A stretch of 64,000 nt of DNA from an uncultured Chitinophagaceae bacterium (GCA_964613385.1 CAZTGZ010000002.1:83419-147418); one strand, 5' to 3'. Positions 42,330 to 52,915 are shown, counted from the stretch's first letter. Notes: generated by a model not told the origin, from the sequence alone. Made by a program: numbers and translations.

Positions 42330-43160
42330 TTGAGTCTGAAAAGGAAAATTTTCTATGCTTTACCACCCTCATGGCGATTCTATGTGAGGCGAATCATTTG
42401 GCTGCCCCAGGACTGGATTGACAAATTGAAAGGTGATACTCCGGCCATGGTTCCACCAAGAGGTATGATTTTTACAGGTTCCGGAGATTTTATCCATCAG
42501 GGGGATAATTTCCTCAAACATTTTATAGAAAAAGGTGGCCTAAAACCCGGGGATGATGTATTGGACATCGGTTCAGGAATTGGAAGAATGGCCAGACCTT
42601 TAACCGCATTTTTGAATGCTGAGAGTCGGTACGAAGGATTTGATGTGATGGAAGAAGGGGTGAGATGGTGTCAAAAGCATATTACTCCTCTATACCCGAA
42701 TTTCAATTTTAAGCATGTCCCTTTACAAAATGGATTGTATACCAGGCAAGGCAAGAATGCAGCAGAATTCAGATTTCCATATGCCGACCAACAATTTGAT
42801 TTTGTGTTGTTGACCAGTGTCTTTACACATATGAAACCGGCAGAAGTAAAGCAATATTTAATGGAAATTGCCAGGGTAATGAAACCGGGAGCCAGAGGTT
42901 TTGCAACTTTTTTTGTGGTGGATGAACCTGCCAGACTTCACATGTTGAAACAGGAAGTAAATTTCTTTCCTGTGGAGAAGGACACACATTACCTGCATCA
43001 TGCGGATGTCGCAGAAGCCAATATCGGCTTTAAGACAGTTTTTATCGAAAGGGCATTATCCGCTGCAGGACTTACGCAAACAGGCTTTTTCCCAGGCCGG
43101 TGGAGCGGAAGAGAAGGTCACGACTTTCAGGATATCATTACTTTTAGCCGTAAGGCCTGA
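42330..43160 (+). CDS. Class I SAM-dependent methyltransferase
   Basis: Motif I VLDIGSGIGRMARPL and a post-I acidic residue. Confidence 0.65.
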   Translation: MSLKRKIFYALPPSWRFYVRRIIWLPQDWIDKLKGDTPAMVPPRGMIFTGSGDFIHQGDNFLKHFIEKGGLKPGDDVLDIGSGIGRMARPLTAFLNAESRYEGFDVMEEGVRWCQKHITPLYPNFNFKHVPLQNGLYTRQGKNAAEFRFPYADQQFDFVLLTSVFTHMKPAEVKQYLMEIARVMKPGARGFATFFVVDEPARLHMLKQEVNFFPVEKDTHYLHHADVAEANIGFKTVFIERALSAAGLTQTGFFPGRWSGREGHDFQDIITFSRKA

Positions 43161-43222
43161 GTAGGGGGTGGAAGGAAAATCCACAATTAGCTATCTTCGC
43201 TTTACCCTAACCCCTAAAACGC

Positions 43223-43627
43223 ATGAAAACAAATGAACAACTCTGCCAAATGTGCCATAAAAGGCTTATTGGCCGGTCAGACAAAAAATTCTGCGACGAT
43301 TCCTGTCGCAATGCCTACAACAACCAACTGAACAGTGACGTCAACAATATGATGCGACGTGTGAACCACCAGCTTCGCAAAAACCGCCGTATCTTATTTG
43401 AGCTCAGACAATTGGGAAGAACAAAAATCAACAAAATCGAACTCGTTGCCCTGGGATATTCATTTGATTATTTCACGAACCAATGGAAACAAGGCAGCAT
43501 TCCCGTTTCAGTTTGTTATGACACAGGACTGGTGCAGGAATCGGAACATACATATCAGATTTTATCTGCCGATCAAAACGAATTGCATCAGGTAAGCAAT
43601 TATTGGATCATTCAAAGAACCGGTTAA
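43223..43627 (+). CDS. Hypothetical protein with N-terminal CxxC…CxxC zinc-ribbon-like motif
   Basis: CQMCHKR…CDDSCRN. No other recognisable domains. Confidence 0.35.
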   Translation: MKTNEQLCQMCHKRLIGRSDKKFCDDSCRNAYNNQLNSDVNNMMRRVNHQLRKNRRILFELRQLGRTKINKIELVALGYSFDYFTNQWKQGSIPVSVCYDTGLVQESEHTYQILSADQNELHQVSNYWIIQRTG

Positions 43628-43804
43628 AATGTCCTTTAAAATGGATGTATGATTTTAACTTTATTTTTTTTAAGGTTAAAGTATGAGAAAAAAAGCTCAT
43701 CTTTGTGGAGTTCCTTTCCTGAAGAGCGTCTAATTCAGCGTATTTGTCGCCTTTAGAAGTCCTTTCCGGAAAGAGCAGTTTAATTTTTTTATTATTTTTT
43801 TATT

Positions 43805-44119
43805 ATGAACATTTTTGTAGCAAATTTAAATTTTCGTTTAACAAGCGATGACCTCAGGGAGGTTTTCGAAAACTTCGGTGAAGTAAGCTCAGCTAAAGTA
43901 ATTTCTGACCGCGACACCGGTAAATCAAAAGGATTTGGTTTCGTTGAAATGCCAAATGACAGTGAAGCAAACCAAGCCATTGCTGAACTTTCAGGAGCAG
44001 AAATTGAAGGAAAAGTTATTGCGGTAAAAGAAGCTTTACCAAGAGAAAACAGACCTTCAGGAAATTTCAGAAACAACAACAACAACAGAGGCGGTGGCGG
44101 AAACAACCGTCGTTTCTAA
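43805..44119 (+). CDS. RRM-type RNA-binding protein with Gly/Asn-rich tail
   Basis: RNP2 (IFVANL) and RNP1 (KGFGFVEM) motifs. C-terminal NNNNRGGGGNNRRF. Confidence 0.8.
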   Translation: MNIFVANLNFRLTSDDLREVFENFGEVSSAKVISDRDTGKSKGFGFVEMPNDSEANQAIAELSGAEIEGKVIAVKEALPRENRPSGNFRNNNNNRGGGGNNRRF

Positions 44120-44133
44120 AAGAATTGGAATCT

Positions 44134-44166
44134 AAAAAAAAAACCGGCCTAAGCCGGTTTTTTTTA
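44134..44166. terminator. Bidirectional intrinsic terminator between convergent RRM and yegP-like genes
   Basis: AAAAAAAAAACCGGCCTAAGCCGGTTTTTTTTT, a perfect GC stem flanked by A- and T-tracts. Confidence 0.75.
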
Positions 44167-44496
44167 TGCAGTTAAGTCTTCTATTCCGGCTTCCGGTGCC
44201 GTTCTCATCACGGATTCCACTCCGTTCTTCATGCCGCTTTCTGATGCGTACATCTGGCTGCTTCCAACCACCTGACCATTGGTGGCTTTCAGGTTAAAAT
44301 GCCATTTGTCGTTGGAAGCCTGCTTAATTTCAAACTTTCCTTCGTCCTGGGCATTCTTCTTCACACTCTCGGCTCCGCTTATGGCGCTCGCCTTTGTTTT
44401 GTACCCTTCGCTGGTTAAAATAACCTGTCCGTTTGCTGCTTTCAGGCGGAAATAATACTCCCCGCTCTTCTCACTTTGAAAAATTTCGAATTTCAT
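44164..44496 (-). CDS. YegP/DUF1508 (UPF0339) family protein
   Basis: Two tandem DUF1508 repeats (GEYYFRLKAANGQVILTSEGY and KWHFNLKATNGQVVGSSQMY). Confidence 0.75.
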   Translation of the reverse strand: MKFEIFQSEKSGEYYFRLKAANGQVILTSEGYKTKASAISGAESVKKNAQDEGKFEIKQASNDKWHFNLKATNGQVVGSSQMYASESGMKNGVESVMRTAPEAGIEDLTA

Positions 44497-44670
44497 AATA
44501 CTATAATTGCTAGTGGCTCAAAAATATACAATACCGCCGATTTTCATCTGAAGAAAATTGAAATTTATTCTTAAATGATTCTCCAATTGTTTGGCTCTTA
44601 CTAATTTTAAATCGACATCCAATAGAGATTTAAAAACTTTCCATTTTAGGAGCACAGAAGCAATTTGTTG

Positions 44671-45025
44671 CAGAATGCGGCCTGTGGGTGGGGAACGGCC
44701 TTATTTGTCTTTTCGTGAGCCGCTTAGCTATGAAGGCGTGAATACAAAATTTACAAATTCTAAAAAAAGAAAGCGATGGGCGAGCGATGACAAAAATTTT
44801 AAATCTTCATAACGAAAATTATTTTGCAACATGGAAAATGCCAATAAAAATAGCAAGCGGCTCCCATCGCGGCGAACGCCTTCATGGCTTTAGCGGATAG
44901 AAAAGAGAAATGAAGCCTTGATTTTTTTTGCTTCCTTTTTTTGATCAAGCAAAAAAAGGAAGTGGGGGTTTTCTGAACTCAATTAATGTAAGAACATGTT
45001 TGGGCAAAGCCCTGAAAACTGCATT
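44671..45025 (+). repeat. Copy B of the structured repeat of about 360 bp (see 40714-41080)
   Basis: Same orientation as copy A. About 75-90% identity in the conserved blocks. The hairpin tip is replaced (CTTTTTTTG instead of the CCCGAAAGCTTTCGGG palindrome) while the stem arms are retained. Confidence 0.7.
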
Positions 45026-45128
45026 TCATCCCACAATTTCAAACTTGAGAATTTAGCAGTTAAAGTCAAAATTGGAACTCTAACATGAATAGTTTAATTC
45101 CAATAAGCAAGTAGAAAATTATTTAAAC

Positions 45129-46658
45129 TTAAAATAACCTCTTCGTACTCCTTCTTCTCGTCCCCGACAATCCCAATACTCCCAAAATTCCCCTGGCAAT
45201 TTCACGCACTACCGTTCGGGTTATACTGTGGCCTGCAATCTTCTCCAGCGTGCTTTTCTCCTGTCTTCCGCTGGTTTTGGGCTTTTCTGCTTCAGCCGTT
45301 TCCGCTTTGGCCACCTCCAGTTTTTTATTCAACAGCTCATAAGCACTTTCCCGATCCACCGTATCTGAATACTTCGTCATCAACTGACTGCTTCTTAGGT
45401 TTTTCTTCTTCTCCTCTTCTGTAATCACATCCATACGGCTCATGGGCGCGGTAAGCAAGGTATGCACCAATGGGGTCGGTATGCCCTTTTCATTTAAAGC
45501 AGATATGAGGGCTTCTCCGATTCCCATGGCGGTAAGGATTTCATCGGTTTTGTAAAATTCCGTTATCGGAAAATTCTCAGCGGCCAGCTTGATGTCCTTG
45601 CGATCTCTGGCTGTGAAAGCCCGCAGCGCATGTTGAATTTTGATACCGAGTTGACTGAGTACCGCAGCCGGAATATCCGAAGGACTCTGGGTACAGAAAT
45701 AGATGCCCACACCCTTGCTTCGAATCAGCTTGATGATGGTTTCTATCTGATCCAGGAGCGCCCCGGAAGCTTCTTCAAAAATCAGATGGGCTTCGTCAAT
45801 CACAAAAATCAACTCCGGCTGATCCGCATCCCCTCTTTCCGGAAAGGACTGATATATTTCAGCCAGCAGACATAGCATGAATGTACTGAACAACTTCGGT
45901 TTTCCCTGAATATCATCCAATCTCAACACATGGATATACCCCCTGCCCTGTTCGTCTAATCTTAAAAAATCATCCACATCAAAACTCGGTTCTCCGAAAA
46001 ACATATCGGCACCCTGTTCTTCAATTTCTATCAGCTTGCGCATAATTGCACCCACCGTAGAAGTGGAAACCAGTCCATATTCCTTTTCAATTTCTTCCTT
46101 GCCATCGGACGAAATGAATTGTAGGGTTTTGCGAAAGTCTTTGATGTCCAACAAAGGCAGACCATGATCGTCGCAGTATTTGAAAATCAGGGAGATAAGC
46201 CCCCCCTGCGTATCGTTTAATCCAAGAATTTTGGTGAGCAGTACCGGCCCGAATTCCGATATGGTCGCCCGCATACGAACGCCCTCCTGAGCAGAAATGG
46301 TCAGAAATTCTACCGGAAACTGTTGCGCTTTCCAGGCTTCACCAATCAGGGCATGTCGTTCTTCAATTTTAGGATTGCTCACTCCGGGTTGAGAAATTCC
46401 GCTCAAGTCTCCTTTGATGTCCATTAAAATCACGGGAATTCCTTTCAGTGACAATTTTTCGGCAAAATTCTGAAGGGTCTTTGTTTTACCGGTACCTGTA
46501 GCTCCTGCAATCAATCCATGCCGATTCAGGGTTTTTAATGGGATTTTTACCGGCAATTGGGGTATGGCTTTCCCGTCCAACATGGCGGTTCCCATGACGA
46601 TGGAATCGCCTTTAAAAGTGTATTTTTCTGTAATCAGATTTTGAAATGCCTCTTGCAT
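45129..46658 (-). CDS. HerA-like/DUF853 family P-loop NTPase
   Basis: Walker A GATGTGKTKT, Walker B IFVIDEAHLIF. 509 aa. Confidence 0.7.
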   Translation of the reverse strand: MQEAFQNLITEKYTFKGDSIVMGTAMLDGKAIPQLPVKIPLKTLNRHGLIAGATGTGKTKTLQNFAEKLSLKGIPVILMDIKGDLSGISQPGVSNPKIEERHALIGEAWKAQQFPVEFLTISAQEGVRMRATISEFGPVLLTKILGLNDTQGGLISLIFKYCDDHGLPLLDIKDFRKTLQFISSDGKEEIEKEYGLVSTSTVGAIMRKLIEIEEQGADMFFGEPSFDVDDFLRLDEQGRGYIHVLRLDDIQGKPKLFSTFMLCLLAEIYQSFPERGDADQPELIFVIDEAHLIFEEASGALLDQIETIIKLIRSKGVGIYFCTQSPSDIPAAVLSQLGIKIQHALRAFTARDRKDIKLAAENFPITEFYKTDEILTAMGIGEALISALNEKGIPTPLVHTLLTAPMSRMDVITEEEKKKNLRSSQLMTKYSDTVDRESAYELLNKKLEVAKAETAEAEKPKTSGRQEKSTLEKIAGHSITRTVVREIARGILGVLGLSGTRRRSTKRLF

Positions 46659-46941
46659 GGTGCGTTTTAAGACTCAAATTAACCACTTTTTTCCGAGTGG
46701 TCGGTATCCGCGATTCAATTATCAGCGGACTTCTGAACTTATCAATCCTGTACAGCAGGATCGGTCAGAATCGCAGCGATCCGGGATAATACCCCTAGGC
46801 ACCGAAATCTTTGACCGTCATATCAAAAAGTCACAACCAATTGACCTTCACACCAAGGGTTGTAAAAGATAACCACATGGCAACTAACCCATTTTTGCAT
46901 ATATTTGATTCACCTGGTGACCATCCTTATATAAACCCATC

Positions 46942-47880
46942 ATGAAAACACTCATTTTATCCATATTCGGAATTCTCCTGATGAACCTGGCTTTCGCTCA
47001 AATCGGGCCACGGACCCAATTTCAAAATTTCGATGGGGAGGATAGCACCATATTTTGTCCGGTAACTGACCCATATCTTGTTTGTATACGTTTAGACCCG
47101 GATACCGGTAATATCTGGTTTGCCGGCAATCAACCAAATGTAAAAAAAACCAAAGGAAACTTCGTTACGGACTCGAGTTTATATTACAGATCAAATGACA
47201 CTTCCAGTTTCATCATAGATTTAATTGATGCATTACCTTCTTATTTTGAAAGTTTAATGCAATTGTCATGGTCTCATTATATGGATCTCGGAAAAGGAGA
47301 CTATGGCAAAGTTGAAATATCCAAGGATACGGGTAAAACCTGGATAAATTGTTTTGAGTCTGCTTTTAAAGTCAACTTACAAGCGCCGGATCATTTCGAT
47401 CTTTTGGATACATTGGCGAATGGTGATATTGTGTTTACAGGCACTGATTTTGGATTTATGCACAGAATAGACCTTATTTATGAGTTTGATCCGCTCTCTA
47501 CTCAAGATAAAGTACAGGTACGTTTCACCTTTGTGACCGACGCTACAAGCAGCCCGAATATTGGTTGGGTCATCGATAGCCTGGAAGTTTATATTTATTA
47601 CCCGGGGGATGTTCAAAAACTTGAAAGAAACGGACTCATTAAAACCTACCCCAACCCGGTCACGCATATGCTAAATATAGAAACTACACCGGGAAACTCC
47701 ACGGAAAATATCGGTCAGCTATTCCTGTATAATTCATTGGGACAAAAAATAGCGGAATGGTCAGGGCTGCCTTCTAAATTTTCCATAGATACTCAACCCT
47801 ATCCCAATGGCGTCTATTTCCTGAAATCGGCAAATACCACAGGATTCGGAACTACTACCGTGGTCATTCAACACGAATAG
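46942..47880 (+). CDS. Secreted protein with T9SS type A C-terminal sorting domain
   Basis: Signal peptide. C-terminus KTYPNPVTHMLNIE…GVYFLKSANTTGFGTTTVVIQHE matches the Por_Secre_tail pattern. Confidence 0.6.
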   Translation: MKTLILSIFGILLMNLAFAQIGPRTQFQNFDGEDSTIFCPVTDPYLVCIRLDPDTGNIWFAGNQPNVKKTKGNFVTDSSLYYRSNDTSSFIIDLIDALPSYFESLMQLSWSHYMDLGKGDYGKVEISKDTGKTWINCFESAFKVNLQAPDHFDLLDTLANGDIVFTGTDFGFMHRIDLIYEFDPLSTQDKVQVRFTFVTDATSSPNIGWVIDSLEVYIYYPGDVQKLERNGLIKTYPNPVTHMLNIETTPGNSTENIGQLFLYNSLGQKIAEWSGLPSKFSIDTQPYPNGVYFLKSANTTGFGTTTVVIQHE

Positions 47881-48025
47881 CATCCCCCATTTCAGCACCA
47901 ATGGTTAACCTTTAGGTTAGCTTCCTCCCATTTATCATATTTTTATCGCTAATTATCAGTACATTACGAATTGTTGCCAATCTGCCAGGCAGCGATTCCC
48001 TTTCTTTACGTCTTTAGTTTAAACC

Positions 48026-48616
48026 ATGATAGGGGTTGAACAAATAGAACAAAATGCAAATGAACAGCATGCTACCGGCAAGTTAATTTTGGCAATTCGT
48101 CAATTTGTTCTGGGTCATAAGGAAGCTTTCGAATTTGTCTACCATTCTACGGCACCTCAATTAATGCAAATTTGCAGACGCTATGCCTCTAACCATGACG
48201 AAGCGCAGGACATATTACAGGAAAGCTATATCAAAATTTATAAGAGTCTTAAAAATTTCGATTTAAAAGCCCCTTTTGAACCCTGGGCGAAAAGAATAAC
48301 CATCAATACTGCCATAGATCACTATCGCAAAAATCTTAATCTGACCTTCAGATCCTTAGGAAATTTAGACCAGATTGAAGACGAGGAGGAAATATTTGTC
48401 TCAAACGACTTTTTGAAATTGGACATTGAAAAAGTAATGGCAGCTGTTCAGGAATTGCCCGTTGGTTATAGAATCATATTGAATTTATTCGTTCTTGAGC
48501 ACAAAACGCATAAAGAGATAGCCGAGATACTTCAGATTAACGAAAGTACCAGTCGCTCACAACTCACCAAAGCGAGAAAGGCCATTAAAGCAAAATTTGA
48601 AAATGAATCGCGATAA
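48026..48616 (+). CDS. ECF-type sigma-70 family sigma factor
   Basis: Region 2 (DEAQDILQESYIKIY, PWAKRITINTAIDHYR) and region 4 HTH (KTHKEIAEILQINESTSRSQLTKARKAI). Confidence 0.7.
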   Translation: MIGVEQIEQNANEQHATGKLILAIRQFVLGHKEAFEFVYHSTAPQLMQICRRYASNHDEAQDILQESYIKIYKSLKNFDLKAPFEPWAKRITINTAIDHYRKNLNLTFRSLGNLDQIEDEEEIFVSNDFLKLDIEKVMAAVQELPVGYRIILNLFVLEHKTHKEIAEILQINESTSRSQLTKARKAIKAKFENESR

Positions 48617-49976
48617 CTACATATCGATTGATTCTGCCCTGAATCAGCTACTGAGCCAACCTGTATCGGCTCAAGGCGGGAGTTATAGCGCTTTTTTGGA
48701 AAAACTTGCTGCTTATGATCAACAGAACCTTCCATTAGATATTGTATTAAAAGACAAACTATCCACCTCTGCCGCAGTTCCGGATAGCATGCAGAAATCC
48801 ATCATAACGCTGATCTGGTACCGCAGACTACGAACAGCGGCCATCATAACCCTTTTCATTGTCGCTTTGGGATTAGGCATGAATACCCTTTTGAATTTGA
48901 TCAATCTTGAAATTCCGGCAGACAGGACGATTTCAACCCATAAATCCGAACCAACACTCCATTTGAATACGGAGATCACGGAGAAACCGGATCATACAAC
49001 CCTATATGCTGAAAAATCAATGGAAGCAGAAAAGCCTTTGGCCTTAGCTTCAAAACCGACAACCCAAGCAGTATCAAGCAAATTGATACCAGATGTCAAA
49101 AAAGAAAACATCTCCATACAGTTTGCCAATTCCATCACATATTTAAAATCTATCTCAAACCTACAATCCTATACACAATTAATTCTGTTGTCAGATCCAT
49201 CGATCCGGATTGAGCCCGAAATGATCCCCTCAGAGGATATACAAAAAAGGGTCTTAAAACCAAGTCAAAACGAGACCGGATTTAATCCAAAATCGAACTA
49301 TACCATTGGTTTTAATGTATCCTCATCATATCAGATTTACCATTCAGCCCTCAACAACACAGGAAATCAAAACATCAACAGGAATTATGAAAAATTGGCT
49401 CAAAACGGCCGATATCCGGGACAAGTTTTAAATTTTGGCTTCACATTTGAAAAACCTGTTTACAAAGCACTCGGAATTTCCATTGGTCTCCAAAAGATTA
49501 CGCTGGAACAAAATCAAAAAACAAATTTCATTTTAAGTGAAGCGCCCGTTTATGACTTAGATGGCCAGATTGCAGGTTATATAGACATAAGTCCTGAACC
49601 CATTCAGGAAACGATAGAAAACAAGCTTCAATATTTAGCCATTCCGATTCAACTGACTTATAATATCAATCTAAGCCGTTTATACTCAGTGCAAGTTAAT
49701 TCCGGAAGTAGTTTGTTCGGGTTGATGGATCAACATATAGAAAAGTTCAATTACACCACTTTAGAACTGGATCGTTATGCAAATGACAGAGGTAAAATCT
49801 CTTTAAACAATCTACAATTTGGGTTGCATTGCTCCCGCAGGCTTCAAGGCAATTTCCTTTTATCTGTCGGATATGATTATCAGTTGCTGAACAATATTGG
49901 CCCCATTTCAGACGAGACCGAGAGAGTAAACGCAAGCCTTCACAGCATAAACCTTTCATTAAAATTCCAACGTTAA
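48597..49976 (+). CDS. Hypothetical protein downstream of sigma factor (possible anti-sigma factor with C-terminal outer-membrane beta-barrel-like domain)
   Basis: Overlaps the sigma gene stop. Has an internal TM helix. The C-terminal region has alternating hydrophobic residues, suggesting beta strands. No strong motif. Confidence 0.35.
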   Translation: MKMNRDNYISIDSALNQLLSQPVSAQGGSYSAFLEKLAAYDQQNLPLDIVLKDKLSTSAAVPDSMQKSIITLIWYRRLRTAAIITLFIVALGLGMNTLLNLINLEIPADRTISTHKSEPTLHLNTEITEKPDHTTLYAEKSMEAEKPLALASKPTTQAVSSKLIPDVKKENISIQFANSITYLKSISNLQSYTQLILLSDPSIRIEPEMIPSEDIQKRVLKPSQNETGFNPKSNYTIGFNVSSSYQIYHSALNNTGNQNINRNYEKLAQNGRYPGQVLNFGFTFEKPVYKALGISIGLQKITLEQNQKTNFILSEAPVYDLDGQIAGYIDISPEPIQETIENKLQYLAIPIQLTYNINLSRLYSVQVNSGSSLFGLMDQHIEKFNYTTLELDRYANDRGKISLNNLQFGLHCSRRLQGNFLLSVGYDYQLLNNIGPISDETERVNASLHSINLSLKFQR

Positions 49977-49988
49977 AACCAATCTATT

Positions 49989-52382
49989 ATGAAAAATAAC
50001 AAATACATATGCTTCGCGATTACCCTGATGTACCTGTTTCTATTTCAAACCACATATGCCCAAACGGGATATGCCTGGAAAAAACTCGGAAACGGAATGG
50101 TTGGCTCGGCCTGTTCAGGTAATTCAATTTTGGTATGCAAATACATCGATGGAAATTTATACATCGCTGTGAAAAATAAATTGACAAATGAAGTAGCCAT
50201 AAATAAATGGGATGGCAGTTCCTGGAGTACCTACCCAGTAATTCAAGGAAATGTCTTTATTTCCGATTTGGAAGTTTTTAATGGAGAACTATATGCAAGC
50301 GGTAATATTGATAAATTAACCGGACTCCAACGTCCCGGGAATAAATCGTTGGGTGTCATAAAATTTAAAAGCGGGTCCTGGGATAGCCTTCCCTCATATC
50401 CAACTTTTATCGGTCAGGATTCAATGAGAGCGGCGAGGAATCTATGTAAGTATAAAAATAAACTGTATTATTCCGTTGGAAGCGTAAAGGATAAACTTTT
50501 CAGTCTGGATACTTTTGGGAATACCACTTTAATTCAAACCCACACAAAAATTTACAATTCAGGTTTCAATGATTTAGATGTAGTAGATGGCAAATTGGTT
50601 ATTTCCGGTGATATCGATAGCGTCATGCATTTGAAAAAAACAGCGGGTATGTTCTATTATGACGGGACAAATTTCAGCTTTCCAAAAAGCACTATTACAC
50701 GGAATATTGATAAAGTAGTCAGCCGAAACGACTCTCAATATTTGGTAATTGCCGGCCATAACTTAGAAATCTGGGAAGGAGATTCACTAAAAACTGATAT
50801 ATCACCTTCTGCTCAAATAAACTGGTATCCATATTGGGCTGAATTAACATTCAAGAATAATTTTATCATCATGACCCAGGATACCTTTAGCGTTTATTTT
50901 GATACAGATTCATCAAAATGGTTTTATCTCAATGGATTAAAATCGCAGTTCTCCCGGGCAGTTGCCGCTGGACCCAATAAGGGATTAATCGTATCTTGTC
51001 AACTATTTCAAGGTGCTGCTGAATTGACATTAGGAGGTATTGTTCGGGGAAATATTTTCGCAGATCTCGATTCCAATTGCACATTCAATGGAGCAGACAA
51101 ACCACTGGATTTTAGCTTAATTGAATTTGATAATGGTACCGATAAGTCCTATACCAACTCTGACATAAACGGCAATTATGAGATATCGGTACTGGCCGGC
51201 ACCCACAATGTCACGTACTACTTACCCGAAGTTAAATCAAGCATTGCACCCTGTTCTACCGTCAAAGTTACGGTTGCAACTTCTTCTGTCACCAACAATG
51301 TTAATATACCTGTACATCCGTCAAAAGAAAAAAACCTGGGAGTCAATGTCAATGGTGTAAGGGGATTTTTAGCACGACAAGGGTTTACTGAAACCATTGT
51401 GTTAAAGGGAGGGAATTATGGTTATTTTAAAGATTCGTTGATCCTTAGCCTGAAGTATCCTTCAAATGTGTACTTCATCAATTCAACGATAACTCCTTAT
51501 TCAAATACCGGCGGAGAGCTTATTTATAAATTGTACAATGTTGGCTTCCGTGAACAAAAGACCATTCATATCGGCTTCAGCACTAGCACCAGCACCATCA
51601 AGGTTGGTGATACCATCAGATATTATGCAAAGGTGATCAATTCTGCAGGAGATTCACTCATGGATAACAATTACGATACGCTATACCAAAGAGTCGTGGC
51701 AGCCTATGACCCTAATATCAAACAATCATATCCGGAAGGAAAGGTTACTTCCGGACTCAATAAAATCAAATACCAGATTCATTTTCAGAATACAGGCAAT
51801 GACACTGCATTCAAGGTAACTGTAGTAGATACAATCACTCAAAAGTTAGGCTTACGAAGTTTAAGGGTAACTGGTACCAGCCACCCCGCCTCCTATTCGC
51901 TGAGGGTCGAAAATAAACAGGCATTGATTTGGGAATTTAACAATATTATGCTGCCTGATAGCCATACAAATGAAAAGGCCAGTCACGGTTTTATCGCTTT
52001 CGAAGCAAATTTAAACGGAGAACTTGCCGTCGGCGATTCCATTACCAACAAAGCTTATATCTATTTTGATTATCAAGAGCCTATTATCACGAACTATGCC
52101 TCTGTGCTCATGGTTAAACCGGGTAGCATTCATGTATTTGAACCCCTCCAAGACAAAACGTTGAAGCTATACCCCAATCCGACTTCAGGATTGCTTCATG
52201 TGGAAATTGACCAACAATTTGGGCCCTGCAATGTATTGTTTTTTAACAGCCTTGGTCAAATGGTACACACGCAGAAAGTTGAAACCGATGTTGCTACCTT
52301 GGATGTGTCTGCATTTCCAAAGGGAATGTACTTTGTGAATATTGAAGGTACTCGGATTAACGGAAGATTGTTGGTGGAGTGA
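49989..52382 (+). CDS. Large secreted protein with DUF11-like (conserved repeat) region and T9SS type A C-terminal sorting domain
   Basis: Signal peptide. C-terminus LKLYPNPTSGLLHVEI…GMYFVNIEGTRINGRLLVE. Confidence 0.6.
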   Translation: MKNNKYICFAITLMYLFLFQTTYAQTGYAWKKLGNGMVGSACSGNSILVCKYIDGNLYIAVKNKLTNEVAINKWDGSSWSTYPVIQGNVFISDLEVFNGELYASGNIDKLTGLQRPGNKSLGVIKFKSGSWDSLPSYPTFIGQDSMRAARNLCKYKNKLYYSVGSVKDKLFSLDTFGNTTLIQTHTKIYNSGFNDLDVVDGKLVISGDIDSVMHLKKTAGMFYYDGTNFSFPKSTITRNIDKVVSRNDSQYLVIAGHNLEIWEGDSLKTDISPSAQINWYPYWAELTFKNNFIIMTQDTFSVYFDTDSSKWFYLNGLKSQFSRAVAAGPNKGLIVSCQLFQGAAELTLGGIVRGNIFADLDSNCTFNGADKPLDFSLIEFDNGTDKSYTNSDINGNYEISVLAGTHNVTYYLPEVKSSIAPCSTVKVTVATSSVTNNVNIPVHPSKEKNLGVNVNGVRGFLARQGFTETIVLKGGNYGYFKDSLILSLKYPSNVYFINSTITPYSNTGGELIYKLYNVGFREQKTIHIGFSTSTSTIKVGDTIRYYAKVINSAGDSLMDNNYDTLYQRVVAAYDPNIKQSYPEGKVTSGLNKIKYQIHFQNTGNDTAFKVTVVDTITQKLGLRSLRVTGTSHPASYSLRVENKQALIWEFNNIMLPDSHTNEKASHGFIAFEANLNGELAVGDSITNKAYIYFDYQEPIITNYASVLMVKPGSIHVFEPLQDKTLKLYPNPTSGLLHVEIDQQFGPCNVLFFNSLGQMVHTQKVETDVATLDVSAFPKGMYFVNIEGTRINGRLLVE

Positions 52383-52609
52383 AAGATAGCTGCCCGTTAA
52401 ATTATGAACCAATTCCTTATTTAGATATATAGGGTCGTTTGTCTTCTGTTTGGAGAAGAAATTCTGAAAATCAGAAGAGGTTCAACTTTCTCGAAATACT
52501 CAGAACGATAAAAAGTTAACGATTTCGCGAAGTGATAACTTACTATGACTGAATGGTTTATCCAGTAAAATCGAATATTGAGTTGGACTCCATAAATAGC
52601 CCAAATGTT

Positions 52610-52915
52610 AGTTGGGACCAAAGATAGTCCGGTGGTTATTGAATGTGATCCCTGAAATATTCAAAAGGCCAGACCAAAACCTACCCCAACCCTAACATCC
52701 ATGTGATAAATATTGAAACAAGGCAGAAACGCTACTTTGATTGTACCGTAAGGCTATGCCTTCACGATACTTCAGGTCAAAAATTTGAGGATTATTCAGG
52801 ACGCCTACTGAATGTTGCATATATACCCAATCCTAACCCCTTGCTGTATATTTCCTGAAATCTGCAAATACCACCGGATTCGGAACTACTACCGTGGTTA
52901 TTCAACACGAATAAA
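52610..52915 (+). pseudogene. Frameshifted relic of a T9SS type A C-terminal domain, paralogous to the 3' end of 46942..47880
   Basis: Nucleotide blocks at 52676-52692 (aaaacctaccccaaccc) and 52850-52915 match 47641-47657 and 47813-47880 nearly exactly. The latter block translates to YFLKSANTTGFGTTTVVIQHE*, identical to the gene's C-terminus. The intervening sequence is diverged and the frame is broken by a stop. Confidence 0.55.
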
